A stretch of DNA of 64,000 nucleotides from an uncultured beta proteobacterium. Lineage in GTDB: Bacteria; Pseudomonadota; Gammaproteobacteria; Burkholderiales; Burkholderiaceae_E. Position numbers and translations under genes: made by a program. Positions 48,331 through 62,994 of this stretch are shown one piece after another. Numbering within the stretch: the first letter of the stretch is position 1; the number at the start of each line of letters is the position of its first letter. The notes below the pieces were generated by a model. That model was not told where the DNA came from and did no database searches. It saw only the letters and a program-made list of their open reading frames with translations. The DNA lies in NCBI GenBank assembly GCA_903934295.1, contig CAIZNI010000013.1:38888-102887 (forward strand). Direction: 5' to 3'.

Positions 48331-49049
48331 GCGCCGGCGCGTCGCCCCTGCTGCGGGTCGCCGGGCTGGAGACGGCCTATGGCGCCAGCCAGGTGCTGTT
48401 CGGCATCGATGTCGAGGTGTACGCCGGCGAGGTCATCGGACTGCTCGGGCGCAACGGCATGGGCAAGACCACGCTGGTGCGATCGATCTTCGGCCTGGTC
48501 GCGGCGCGGGCCGGCAGCGTCGTGTTCGCCGGTCGCGAGGTCCGCGGGCTGACGCCCGACCGGATCGCCCGGCTGGGGCTGGCGATCGTGCCCGAAGGCC
48601 GGCAGGTGTTTCCGAACCTGAGCGTCGATGAGCACCTGACGGCTTTCGTCGCCCAGCGCGGCGGGGCGGGCGTGCCCTGGACCCCGCAACGGGTGTACGA
48701 GCTCTTCCCGCGTCTGGCCGAGCGGCGCCGCAACCTGGGCAATCAGCTGTCGGGTGGCGAGCAGCAGATGCTGGCAATCGGCCGCGCGCTGGTCACCAAT
48801 CCGCGGCTACTGATCCTGGATGAAGCCACCGAGGGTCTCGCGCCGCTGATCCGCGAGGAAATCTGGCGCTGCCTGCGCCTGCTGCGCGAAGCCGGGCAGA
48901 CCATCCTGGTGATCGACAAGTATGTGAACCGGCTGGTCGACGTGGCCGACCGCCACCTGATCCTGGAGCGCGGCAGCGTGGTCTGGCAGGGCAGCTCGCG
49001 GGCGCTCGACGAGGACCGCTCGCTGTGGACCCGCTACCTGGGCGCCTGA
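48327..49049 (+). CDS. Liv-type ABC transporter ATP-binding protein (LivF-like)
   Basis: 240 aa. Walker A GRNGMGKTT, signature LSGGEQQMLAIGRAL and Walker B LLILDEATEGLAP. Confidence 0.9.
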   Translation: MSAGASPLLRVAGLETAYGASQVLFGIDVEVYAGEVIGLLGRNGMGKTTLVRSIFGLVAARAGSVVFAGREVRGLTPDRIARLGLAIVPEGRQVFPNLSVDEHLTAFVAQRGGAGVPWTPQRVYELFPRLAERRRNLGNQLSGGEQQMLAIGRALVTNPRLLILDEATEGLAPLIREEIWRCLRLLREAGQTILVIDKYVNRLVDVADRHLILERGSVVWQGSSRALDEDRSLWTRYLGA

Positions 49050-49096
49050 GCCGCCGATCGGCCGTCGGCTGATGAGGGGATCGTCCCCGGACCCGT

Positions 49097-50017
49097 TCAG
49101 CGCCGGTTGCCCGGCCGGGCCGCCTCGCGCAGCGCGCCCGCCAGCGCGGCGGCGGCCGGGCGCAGCCGAGCCCGACGCAACCGGGTGATCCCGACCGACC
49201 TTGCCCACTGCGGCGCGGCCACCGGCAGCGCGCACAGCAGTCCCGCGCGCTCCTCCCAGTGCATCAGCTCGCGCGGCAGGAAGGTGAGCAGGTCGCTGTG
49301 CATGACCACGCTCTTCATCAGTTCGGCCGAGGTGGTTTCGACCTCCGCCTCGACCGGGCGCAGGCCGGCGTTGAGCAGCAGTTCGTCGAGCGCGCGGCGC
49401 TCCAGTTCCTGACGCCGTGCCAGGATCCAGCGCGCCTGCAGCAGATCGGCCGGCCGGACCTGGCGCCGCGCCGACAGGGGGTGGCCGGTGCGGGCGATCA
49501 CCGCTGCGCGATCGCCCAGCAGCGCCTCGTGGGCGAGGTCCGGATCGGATGCGGTGCGTGGCACCGACGACAGCGCGAACTCCACCTCGGCGCTGCGCAC
49601 CATGGGCATCAGCGCCTCGTTCAGTCCGTACAGCACCGTGACCCGGATCTGCGGGTGGGTCTGGTGCAGCAGGGCCAGCGCGGCCGGCAGCAGGCGCACC
49701 GCCTCCGACGGGCCGCAACCGATCACCAGCTGCTGGCGCTGCGCGTCGCGCAGGCGGGCGACGTCCTGGGTAGCCTGGTGCAGGGCCTGCTCGATCACCC
49801 GGCCGTGCGCGATCAGGGTCTCGCCCGCCGGCGTCGGGGTCACCCCCAGCCGGCTGCGGATCAGCACCGGCACGCCCACTGCGGCCTCCAGCGCGCGGAT
49901 GCTCTTGGACAGTGCCGGCTGCGACAAGCCCAGGTGGGCGGCGGCGTCGGTGAGGCTGCCGAAGCGGGCGGCGGCCACCAGGTGATGGAGTCGCGACAGG
50001 TGCTGGCGCTCATCCAT
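49097..50017 (-). CDS. LysR-family transcriptional regulator
   Basis: 306 aa. N-terminal HTH HLVAAARFGSLTDAAAHLGLSQPALSKSIRALE. Divergent from the dioxygenase genes. Confidence 0.88.
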   Translation of the reverse strand: MDERQHLSRLHHLVAAARFGSLTDAAAHLGLSQPALSKSIRALEAAVGVPVLIRSRLGVTPTPAGETLIAHGRVIEQALHQATQDVARLRDAQRQQLVIGCGPSEAVRLLPAALALLHQTHPQIRVTVLYGLNEALMPMVRSAEVEFALSSVPRTASDPDLAHEALLGDRAAVIARTGHPLSARRQVRPADLLQARWILARRQELERRALDELLLNAGLRPVEAEVETTSAELMKSVVMHSDLLTFLPRELMHWEERAGLLCALPVAAPQWARSVGITRLRRARLRPAAAALAGALREAARPGNRR

Positions 50018-50068
50018 GGCGCCTCCGGATGGCGCACGGGTGGCGAAGGCGGACGGTGAGAGATGGCA

Positions 50069-50088
50069 TGATCAGAAGTTATGGATCA
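50069..50088. promoter_or_regulatory. candidate LysR-type binding site (TGATC-N10-GATCA dyad)
   Basis: A perfect 5-bp inverted repeat in the relatively AT-rich stretch ATGATCAGAAGTTATGGATCAGGATCGGATAATCAT. It lies between the lysR start (50017) and the dioxygenase ATG (50164). Confidence 0.3.
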
Positions 50089-50163
50089 GGATCGGATAAT
50101 CATGGCACGGGAGGGCGGATGCCGCTTACGATCAGACTCCCGGCGTCCAGGAGAATCCGCGAA

Positions 50164-51480
50164 ATGAACCTGCAGGAACTGATCGAGCCCGACCGCGTGC
50201 ATCGCAGCGTCTACACCGACCCGGCGATCTTCGATCTCGAGATGGAACGCATCTTCGAGCGCACCTGGGTGTACTGCGGACACGAAAGCCAGGTCCCGCG
50301 CACCGGCGACTACCACACGTTGAACATCGGCCGCCAGCCGATGATCATGGTGCGCGACCGCGACGCCTCGATCCGGGTGCTCTACAACCGCTGCCCCCAT
50401 CGCGGTGTCGAGCTGTGCGGCAACCAGAGCGGCAACACCGGCAACGGTTTCGTCTGCTCCTACCATGCCTGGTCCTTCCATCTCGATGGCAAGCTGCGTG
50501 CGCTCCCCCTGGCCAAGGGCTACGAGGGCACCCGGCTCACGCGGGACAATCCGGATTGCAATGTGAAGGCCGCGGCGCGCGTCGACAGCTATCGCGGCTT
50601 CGTGTTCGCCAGTCTGGTGGCCGAGGGCCCCGGGCTGCTCGAGTTTCTGGGCGAGGCCCGGGTCGCCTTCGACGACATGTGCGACCGCTCGCCGGTGGGC
50701 GAGGTCGAGATCGTGCCGCACTGCCATCGGGTCATGCAGCACTCGAACTGGAAGTTCTTCATGGAGAACCAGCTCGACGCCTTGCACCCGTCGGTCACCC
50801 ATCAGTCGACCGGCGTGCCGGCACGCCGGGTCGAGCAGCGGGTCAGGGCCGAAGGCGCGACGCCGCCGCTGCACTTTCATTACCTGTCCACCTTCGCCTC
50901 CAGCTTCGACCAGTGGGACAGCGTGCAGACGGTGAACTTCCCGCATGGTCACGGCATCCTGAAGGGCTACATGGGATTGCGTCCCACCGACGCCGACACG
51001 CTCGAGCACGAGGCGCAGCTGCGCGAGGCCTATGGCGCGCAGAAGGCCGAGGAGTTCCTGTCGCGCAACATTCACCACGTGCTGGTGTACCCCTATCTCT
51101 CGGTTCAGTCGCCGCTGCAGCAGCTGCGCTGTCTGCGTCCGCTGGCTGCGGACCGAACCCTCTCCGAGATCTGGCACTTCCGGCTCAAGGGCGCGCCCGA
51201 GGCGATCTATCGCCGTTCGATGTGGTATTTCAACCTGGTCAACTCACCGGCCACTCCGATCAATGCCGACGACCTCGAGAACTGGACCAAGGCGCAGTGG
51301 GGCCTGCAGTCGCGCGGCGGCGAATGGGTCAGCCTGCACCGCAACATGGGCGGCGACACCGAAGTCGACGGCGTCCTGATGTCGAACAACGGCACCTCGG
51401 AAGTCGTGATGCGAAACCAGTTCCGGGCGTGGTCCGACTACCTGTCCGATGACCCCACGACGGAGTCCACCGATGCATGA
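50164..51480 (+). CDS. Rieske-type aromatic ring-hydroxylating oxygenase, alpha subunit
   Basis: Start at the ATG at 50164 (MNLQELIEPDRVHRSVYTDPAIFDLEMERIF). Rieske motif CPHRGVELC...CSYHAWSF. Catalytic-domain block NWKFFMENQLDALHPSVTH. Confidence 0.88.
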   Translation: MNLQELIEPDRVHRSVYTDPAIFDLEMERIFERTWVYCGHESQVPRTGDYHTLNIGRQPMIMVRDRDASIRVLYNRCPHRGVELCGNQSGNTGNGFVCSYHAWSFHLDGKLRALPLAKGYEGTRLTRDNPDCNVKAAARVDSYRGFVFASLVAEGPGLLEFLGEARVAFDDMCDRSPVGEVEIVPHCHRVMQHSNWKFFMENQLDALHPSVTHQSTGVPARRVEQRVRAEGATPPLHFHYLSTFASSFDQWDSVQTVNFPHGHGILKGYMGLRPTDADTLEHEAQLREAYGAQKAEEFLSRNIHHVLVYPYLSVQSPLQQLRCLRPLAADRTLSEIWHFRLKGAPEAIYRRSMWYFNLVNSPATPINADDLENWTKAQWGLQSRGGEWVSLHRNMGGDTEVDGVLMSNNGTSEVVMRNQFRAWSDYLSDDPTTESTDA

Positions 51481-52165
51481 TCCGCACGCTTCCGGCGCCA
51501 CCGCCGGCGCCGCTTCCACACCCCTCGCCGGCGCCGCATCCACCACGGTGGGCAAGGCGCTTGACGGCGGCGTGGTGATCAACGCTATCGAGTCGATGAC
51601 CGGCGCCGAGTCGATCGCACCCGATCACAGCGGCCGCGGCCGGCCGGCGATCCAGGGCACGCAGTACGTGCCGGCGATGGCCGATGCGGGCGGGGACCTG
51701 CGCCTGGCGGTCGAGGGACTGCTGTTCCGGCAGGCGGCGCTGCTCGATGCCAAGTGCTGGCAGCAGTGGATCGACCTGTTCACGCCCGACGGTGTCTACT
51801 GGATGCCGATCGCCCAGGAGCAGACCGACTGGGTCGGCCAGCCCTCGATCTTCGCCGAGGACAAGCTGATCATGGAGATCCGCATGGGCCGGCTGACCCA
51901 TCCGAACGCCTGGTCGCAGGCGCCGATGTGGGGCACCAGTCATTTGATCGGCAATGTGGTGCTCGAATCGGTGAGCGACGAGCGCATCGAGGTCTGCTCG
52001 CGTTTCCAGATGATGGAGTTGCGCCGCGACACGGTGCGCCATTTCGGCGGCACCTACCGGCACACGCTGCTGCGCACCGCCGAGGGCCTGCGGATCGCGC
52101 TGCAGCGCGTCGATCTGATGAACGGGCAGGCGGTGTACGACTACGTGTTGCAGGCCTGGGTCTAG
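51473..52165 (+). CDS. aromatic ring-hydroxylating oxygenase, beta subunit (NTF2/SnoaL-like fold)
   Basis: The ATG at 51473 overlaps the alpha-subunit stop (ATGCATGA). The core VEGLLFRQAALLDAKCWQQWIDLFTPDGVYWMP...RMGRL is typical of beta subunits. It is preceded by an Ala/Gly/Ser-rich extension of about 65 aa. Confidence 0.75.
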   Translation: MHDPHASGATAGAASTPLAGAASTTVGKALDGGVVINAIESMTGAESIAPDHSGRGRPAIQGTQYVPAMADAGGDLRLAVEGLLFRQAALLDAKCWQQWIDLFTPDGVYWMPIAQEQTDWVGQPSIFAEDKLIMEIRMGRLTHPNAWSQAPMWGTSHLIGNVVLESVSDERIEVCSRFQMMELRRDTVRHFGGTYRHTLLRTAEGLRIALQRVDLMNGQAVYDYVLQAWV

Positions 52166-52208
52166 ATTGTCAGTTTCGCCTCAAGAAGGCGTCAGCGCCC
52201 CCCGGCTG

Positions 52209-52255
52209 ACTCCCCCTCGGAGCCGGATGCCGGCCGCCAATTCCTGAGGGGGAGT
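52209..52255 (+). promoter_or_regulatory. stem-loop predicted to sequester the Shine-Dalgarno of the downstream MFS gene
   Basis: A perfect 10-bp stem pairs ACTCCCCCTC (52209-52218) with GAGGGGGAGT (52246-52255). An internal mini-hairpin GCCGG-ATG-CCGGC lies at 52222-52234. The right arm is the only SD-like sequence before the ATG at 52260. Confidence 0.4.
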
Positions 52256-52259
52256 GTCA

Positions 52260-53930
52260 ATGCCGTCAACAGTCAGCAGCGCCAGCGCGAACGGGTCGCA
52301 GGCGATGACCGCCGAAGAAAAGAAAGTCATCTTCGCGTCGTCGCTGGGCACCGTCTTCGAGTGGTACAACTTCTACCTGTACGGCACGCTCGCCGTCATC
52401 ATCGGCAATCAGTTCTTTTCCGCGCTCGACCCGGCGTCGCGCACCCTCTTTTCGCTGCTGACCTTCGGCGCCGGCTTCATCGTCCGTCCCTTCGGCGCGC
52501 TGGTGTTCGGGCGGCTTGGCGACATGATCGGACGCAAGTACACCTTCCTGGTCACCCTCCTGATCATGGGCGTGTCGACCTTCATCGTCGGCGTGCTGCC
52601 CAACTACGCCTCGATCGGCATTGCCGCGCCGGTGATCCTGATCATCCTGCGCCTGCTGCAGGGCCTGGCGCTGGGCGGCGAATACGGCGGCGCCGCGACC
52701 TGTGTCGCCGAGCACGCGCCGCACGGCAAGCGGGGTGCCTTCACCGCCTGGATCCAGACCACCGCGACACTGGGACTTCTCCTGTCGCTGCTGGTGATTC
52801 TGGGTGTGCGCTCGGCGATCGGTGAGGCCGCATTCGCCGACTGGGGCTGGCGGATTCCGTTCCTGGTGTCGATCGTCCTGCTCGGCATCTCGGTCTGGAT
52901 TCGGCTGAGCATGAACGAGTCGCCCGCCTTTCGGAAAATGAAGGAAGAGGGCAAGACCTCGAAGGCGTCGCTGACCGAGTCGTTCGGCCAATGGAAGAAC
53001 CTGAAGCTCGTCATCCTCGCGCTGGTCGGTCTGACCGCCGGCCAGGCCGTGGTCTGGTACACCGGGCAGTTCTACACGCTGTTCTTTCTGACCGGCGCGC
53101 TCAAGGTCGACGGCGCCACCGCCAACCTCCTGATCGCGATCTCGCTGATCATCGGCACGCCCTTCTTCATCGTGTTCGGCACGCTGTCCGACCGCATCGG
53201 CCGCAAGCCGATCATCATGGCCGGCTGTCTGATCGCCGCGCTGACCTACTTCCCGCTGTTCAAGGCGTTGACCGAGGCGGCCAATCCCGATCTTGCCGCG
53301 GCCCAGGCCAAGAACAAGGTGACGGTGACCGCCGATCCGAAGGAGTGCTCTTTCCAGTTCAACCCGACCGGTACCGCCAAGTTCACCAGTTCCTGCGACA
53401 TTGCCAAGCAGGTGCTGTCGGCAAACGCGGTCAGTTACGAGAACGTGGCGGGCGCCGGCCCGGCGATGATCTCCATCGGTGACAGGTCGATCGTCTCTTT
53501 CTCATCGGCGGGCCTGCCGGCCGATGAGGCCAGGACGCTCGACGCGCAGTTCAAGCAGGCGGTCAGCATCGTTCTCAGGGAAGCCGGTTACCCGACCAAG
53601 GCCGATCCGGCGAAGGTGAACAAGCCGCTGATCGTGGCGATCCTCACGCTGCTGATGATCTACGTGACCATGGTCTGCGGTCCGATCGCGGCCATGCTGG
53701 TGGAGATGTTCCCGACCCGGAGCCGCCACACCTCGATGAGCCTGCCGTACCACATCGGCAACGGCTGGTTCGGCGGGCTGCTGCCGGCCACCTCGCTGGT
53801 CATCGTGGCGCAGACCGGCAACCTGTACAACGGGCTGTGGTACCCGATCGCCATCGCGCTCGTCACCTTCGTGATCGGCATGCTGTTCGTGCGCGAGACC
53901 AAGGACGTCGACCTCTTCAAGCACGACTGA
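52260..53930 (+). CDS. MFS transporter, metabolite:H+ symporter (MHS) family
   Basis: EKKVIFASSLGTVFEWYNFYLYG and GRLGDMIGRKYTF are typical MHS blocks. About 556 aa, with a hydrophilic insertion of about 120 aa in the C-terminal half. The ATG at 52260 is preferred over the track GTG at 52254. Confidence 0.85.
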   Translation: MPSTVSSASANGSQAMTAEEKKVIFASSLGTVFEWYNFYLYGTLAVIIGNQFFSALDPASRTLFSLLTFGAGFIVRPFGALVFGRLGDMIGRKYTFLVTLLIMGVSTFIVGVLPNYASIGIAAPVILIILRLLQGLALGGEYGGAATCVAEHAPHGKRGAFTAWIQTTATLGLLLSLLVILGVRSAIGEAAFADWGWRIPFLVSIVLLGISVWIRLSMNESPAFRKMKEEGKTSKASLTESFGQWKNLKLVILALVGLTAGQAVVWYTGQFYTLFFLTGALKVDGATANLLIAISLIIGTPFFIVFGTLSDRIGRKPIIMAGCLIAALTYFPLFKALTEAANPDLAAAQAKNKVTVTADPKECSFQFNPTGTAKFTSSCDIAKQVLSANAVSYENVAGAGPAMISIGDRSIVSFSSAGLPADEARTLDAQFKQAVSIVLREAGYPTKADPAKVNKPLIVAILTLLMIYVTMVCGPIAAMLVEMFPTRSRHTSMSLPYHIGNGWFGGLLPATSLVIVAQTGNLYNGLWYPIAIALVTFVIGMLFVRETKDVDLFKHD

Positions 53931-53956
53931 GGACGCGGGCCCGACCCGGCCTGAGC

Positions 53957-53990
53957 GGCCCCGTCACCGAAGGGTGACAGGGCCGTTTTC
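53957..53990 (+). terminator. rho-independent terminator after the MFS gene
   Basis: GGCCCCGTCACC - GAAG - GGTGACAGGGCC, a 12-bp stem with one mismatch, followed by GTTTTCAC. Confidence 0.65.
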
Positions 53991-54062
53991 ACAGGAGCCT
54001 GGATCGACTGCCGTTGCGCCGGCGCCGATTTTTGCTGCACTGCACTGTTACACTCCGCAGCC

Positions 54063-55934
54063 ATGAGCGAGACCTCCGGCAAGCGGGCACTGGGCGCGAC
54101 GACACTGGCGGCGATCGGCGTCGTCTACGGCGACATCGGCACCAGCCCGCTCTATGCGTTTCGTGAAGCGTTCAGCGGCAAGCACGGCATTCCGCTGACT
54201 GCCGAGAACGTGTTCGCGGTGCTCTCGATGATGTTCTGGGCGGTCACCCTCATCGTGTCGCTGAAGTACGTGGTGGTGATGCTGCGCTTCGACAATCGCG
54301 GCGAGGGCGGTGTGCTGGCGCTGCTGTCCTGGGCAGCCAACATCGTGCGCCATCGGCCGTCGTTGCTGTGGCTGGTCACCGTGATGGGTGCGTTCTCCGT
54401 GTCGCTCTTTTACGGCGATGCGGTGATCACGCCGGCCATTTCGGTGTTGTCGGCTGTCGAGGGCATCTCGGTCGCGATCCCGGGTGCGGAGCATTTCGTG
54501 GTGCCGATCGCGCTGGCGGTGCTGATCGGTCTGTTCAGCATTCAACGCCGCGGCACTGCGGCCGTCGGCGCCTTCTTCGGCCCGATCATGATCGTCTGGT
54601 TTCTTGCGCTGGCCGGTCTCGGGCTGGCCAGCATCATCCAGACCCCGCACATTCTCCAGGCGCTGTCGCCGGTGCATGCGCTGCGATTCATCGTCGAGCA
54701 TCCGGGCTGGGCCTTTCTCGCCAGCGCGGCGGTTTTTCTCTGCCTGACCGGGGCCGAGGCGCTCTATGCCGACATGGGTCATTTCGGTCCCCGTCCAGTG
54801 CGCATTGCCTGGTTTGCGATGGTGTTTCCGGCGCTGATGATCAATTACTTTGGCCAGGGTGCGCTGGTGCTGCGCGATCCCGAGGCGGTGCGCAATCCCT
54901 TCTATCTGCTGGCGCCGCCCGGGTTGCTGCTGCCCCTGGTGCTGCTCGCGATGGCGGCCACGGTCATCGCGTCGCAGGCGGTGATTTCCGGCGCCTTTTC
55001 CGCCACCCAGCAGGCCTCGCGCCTCAATTTCCTGCCGCGCCTGCGCGTGCACCACACCTCCGACACCGCGCGCGGTCAGGTCTACATTCCCCTGGTGAAC
55101 TGGGGCCTGCTGATCCTGGTCATCCTGCTGGTGATCGGGTTCCGCAATTCCGACAGCCTGGCCGCGGCCTACGGCATCGCGGTGGCCGGCGATCTCTTCC
55201 TGTCCAGCGTGATCCTGCTGGTGGCGCTGGGCTTCACCAACGGCGCGCGCCGCGCGCTGTGGCCGCTGTTCCTGGTGCTGGCGGCGATCGAGCTTTTTTT
55301 CTTCGCCAGCAATGCTTCCAAGGTCCTGGACGGCGGCTGGTTTCCGCTGGCGCTGGCGGCGGTGGTGTTCACCGTGCTGACCACCTGGCGCCGCGGCACC
55401 GACATCCTGCGCGCCAAGAAGGAGGCCGGCGCGCACGCGCTGGACGACGGGCTGAGCCTGCCGCTCGATGACGTGCCCCGGGTGCCGGGCCATGCGGTGT
55501 TCTTCAGTTCGTCGCGCGGCGGCTGTCCGGCGGCTTTCCTGCACAACCTGAAGCACAACCATGTGGTGCATGAGACCACCGTGTTTCTCACCGTCGAATT
55601 CGACGATGTGCCGCGGGTGCGCGACGATGATCGGGTGGAGATCCAGCGCGGGGCCAACGGCATCATCCGCCTGATTGCCCACTTCGGTTTCCGCGAGGAC
55701 CCGGACATCGAACTGCTGCTGCGCCTGGCGGCCCGCCGGGGCCTGCAACTGGCAGTCGAGACGACCTCGTTCTTCACCAGCAAGCCGACGGTGGTATCGG
55801 TGTCGCGCCGGGGTGTGTTCGGCTGGCGGCGCTCGCTGTTCGGCTGGATGCTGCAGAACAGCGCGAGCGTGGCCAGCTACTTCAACCTGCCGCCCAACCG
55901 GGTGGTCGAACTCGGCGCCCAGGTCGGCATCTGA
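54063..55934 (+). CDS. kup: potassium uptake transporter Kup
   Basis: 623 aa. N-terminal LAAIGVVYGDIGTSPLY and GAEALYADMGHFG signatures of the KUP/HAK/KT family. Confidence 0.93.
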   Translation: MSETSGKRALGATTLAAIGVVYGDIGTSPLYAFREAFSGKHGIPLTAENVFAVLSMMFWAVTLIVSLKYVVVMLRFDNRGEGGVLALLSWAANIVRHRPSLLWLVTVMGAFSVSLFYGDAVITPAISVLSAVEGISVAIPGAEHFVVPIALAVLIGLFSIQRRGTAAVGAFFGPIMIVWFLALAGLGLASIIQTPHILQALSPVHALRFIVEHPGWAFLASAAVFLCLTGAEALYADMGHFGPRPVRIAWFAMVFPALMINYFGQGALVLRDPEAVRNPFYLLAPPGLLLPLVLLAMAATVIASQAVISGAFSATQQASRLNFLPRLRVHHTSDTARGQVYIPLVNWGLLILVILLVIGFRNSDSLAAAYGIAVAGDLFLSSVILLVALGFTNGARRALWPLFLVLAAIELFFFASNASKVLDGGWFPLALAAVVFTVLTTWRRGTDILRAKKEAGAHALDDGLSLPLDDVPRVPGHAVFFSSSRGGCPAAFLHNLKHNHVVHETTVFLTVEFDDVPRVRDDDRVEIQRGANGIIRLIAHFGFREDPDIELLLRLAARRGLQLAVETTSFFTSKPTVVSVSRRGVFGWRRSLFGWMLQNSASVASYFNLPPNRVVELGAQVGI

Positions 55935-56019
55935 GGCGCGGGCACCCGGTCGCGCACCGGTACAATTGCCCCCCGGCCCGCCGACGGCGCGGACCGTTCC
56001 TCCCAACCACCGCAGCGAC

Positions 56020-60314
<4,295 letters not shown>

Positions 60315-60380
60315 TCCGCGCGATGAGCCGGAGGAGACACCGGCGCCCGATAACGAACAAGAGAGCCGAGCAGGGATTCC

Positions 60381-61445
<1,065 letters not shown>

Positions 61446-61551
61446 TCCCTGCGGATGAACGGTCGACCGAGTCGGCCGATCTTTTCCCCGAGGCGGCGTT
61501 CATGCAATCGCCGCCCACTTTTTGTTGCGATCACCACCGAGGAGACAACCC

Positions 61552-62868
61552 ATGACCCAGATCAAGCGTCGCGAGTTTCTGAAATCCACCGCGGGTGCCA
61601 CCGCGGGCGCTGCCATTGTCGGCGCGCCGTCGGTCCATGCTCAGGCGGCCTGGAACAACCAGCCTGAAAAAGGCGCCAAGCTTCGCGTGCTGCGCTGGAA
61701 GCGTTTCGTGCAGGGTGATGAAGATTCGTACATGGCCAACGTCAAGGCCTTCTCGGCCAAGTACGGCATCGAGGTCCGGGTCGACAACGAAGGCTGGGAA
61801 GACGTTCGTCCCAAGGCGGCGGTGGCGGCCAACGTGGGCAGCGGCCCGGACATCGTCCTGTCCACCAATGACGATGCCAACCTGTATCCCGACAAGCTGG
61901 TCGATGTGACCGACCTGTGCGACTACCTGGGTAAGAAATACGGCGGCTGGTATCCGGCCTGCGAGGCCTATCTGCGCCCCGACGGCAAGCGCTGGATCGG
62001 CGTGCCGCTGGGCGCGGCTGGCGGCATGATGGTCTATCGTGAAAGCCAGGTGAAGGCGGCCGGTTTCGACAAGTTCCCGCGTGACACCGACGGCTTCCTG
62101 AAGATGTTCAAGGCGCTCAAGGAAAAGGGCACGCCGGGCGGCATGGCGCTGGGCAACGCGACCGGCGACAGCGGCTGGACGAGCTGGCTCATCTGGGCCT
62201 TCGGTGGCCAGATGGTCGACAAGAACAACAAGGTCATCATCGACAGCCCCGAGACCATCAAGGCACTCGAGTACGCCAAGGAGCTCTACAGCACCTTCGT
62301 TCCGGGCACCCTGTCGTGGCTCGACCCGAACAACAACAAGGCCTTCCTCGATGGCCAGGTCAGCGTCACCAACAACGGCATTTCGGTCTACTACGCGGCC
62401 AAGAATTCGCAGGATCCCAAGGTCAAGGATCTGGTCAACGACATCCAGCACTCCCCGTTCCCGGTCGGTCCGGTCGGCGTGCCCACCGAGTCGCACCTGT
62501 TCTTCAACCAGATGATCTTCAAGTACACCAAGTACCCGAAGGCGGCCAAGGAGTTCCTGCGCTTCATGATGGAGCAGGAGCAGTTCAATGCCTGGCTGCA
62601 GGGCAGCGGCGGCTATGTGTCGCAACCCCTGCGCGCCTACGAGGCGAACAAGATCTGGACGGTCGACGCCAAGCACACCCCGTATCGTGACGCGACCAAG
62701 AACCTGCGGCCCTCCGGCTATGCGGGCAAGCTGGGTTACGCCTCGGCGGGCGCGCTGGCCGACTTCATCGTCGCGAACATGGTGGCCGAGGCGGCCAGCG
62801 GTTCGAAGACGGCGAAGGAAGCCGCCGAACGCGCCCAGAAGCGCGCCGAGCGCTACTACAAGGTCTGA
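61552..62868 (+). CDS. ABC transporter periplasmic substrate-binding protein (family 1), Tat signal
   Basis: Start at the ATG at 61552: MTQIKRREFLKSTAGATAGAAIVGAPSVHAQ, preceded by SD GGAGA. About 438 aa. Confidence 0.85.
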   Translation: MTQIKRREFLKSTAGATAGAAIVGAPSVHAQAAWNNQPEKGAKLRVLRWKRFVQGDEDSYMANVKAFSAKYGIEVRVDNEGWEDVRPKAAVAANVGSGPDIVLSTNDDANLYPDKLVDVTDLCDYLGKKYGGWYPACEAYLRPDGKRWIGVPLGAAGGMMVYRESQVKAAGFDKFPRDTDGFLKMFKALKEKGTPGGMALGNATGDSGWTSWLIWAFGGQMVDKNNKVIIDSPETIKALEYAKELYSTFVPGTLSWLDPNNNKAFLDGQVSVTNNGISVYYAAKNSQDPKVKDLVNDIQHSPFPVGPVGVPTESHLFFNQMIFKYTKYPKAAKEFLRFMMEQEQFNAWLQGSGGYVSQPLRAYEANKIWTVDAKHTPYRDATKNLRPSGYAGKLGYASAGALADFIVANMVAEAASGSKTAKEAAERAQKRAERYYKV

Positions 62869-62994
62869 CGGCGGGACATTCCCCACCCGGCGCGACCGGC
62901 GGGCACCGGCTGATCCCTGCGGGGGTCGGCGGTGCGCCGCAGCGGCCTGAGTGCCGACGCGCCGCCCTCATACCCCTAGCAGTCGGAAGAGCCA

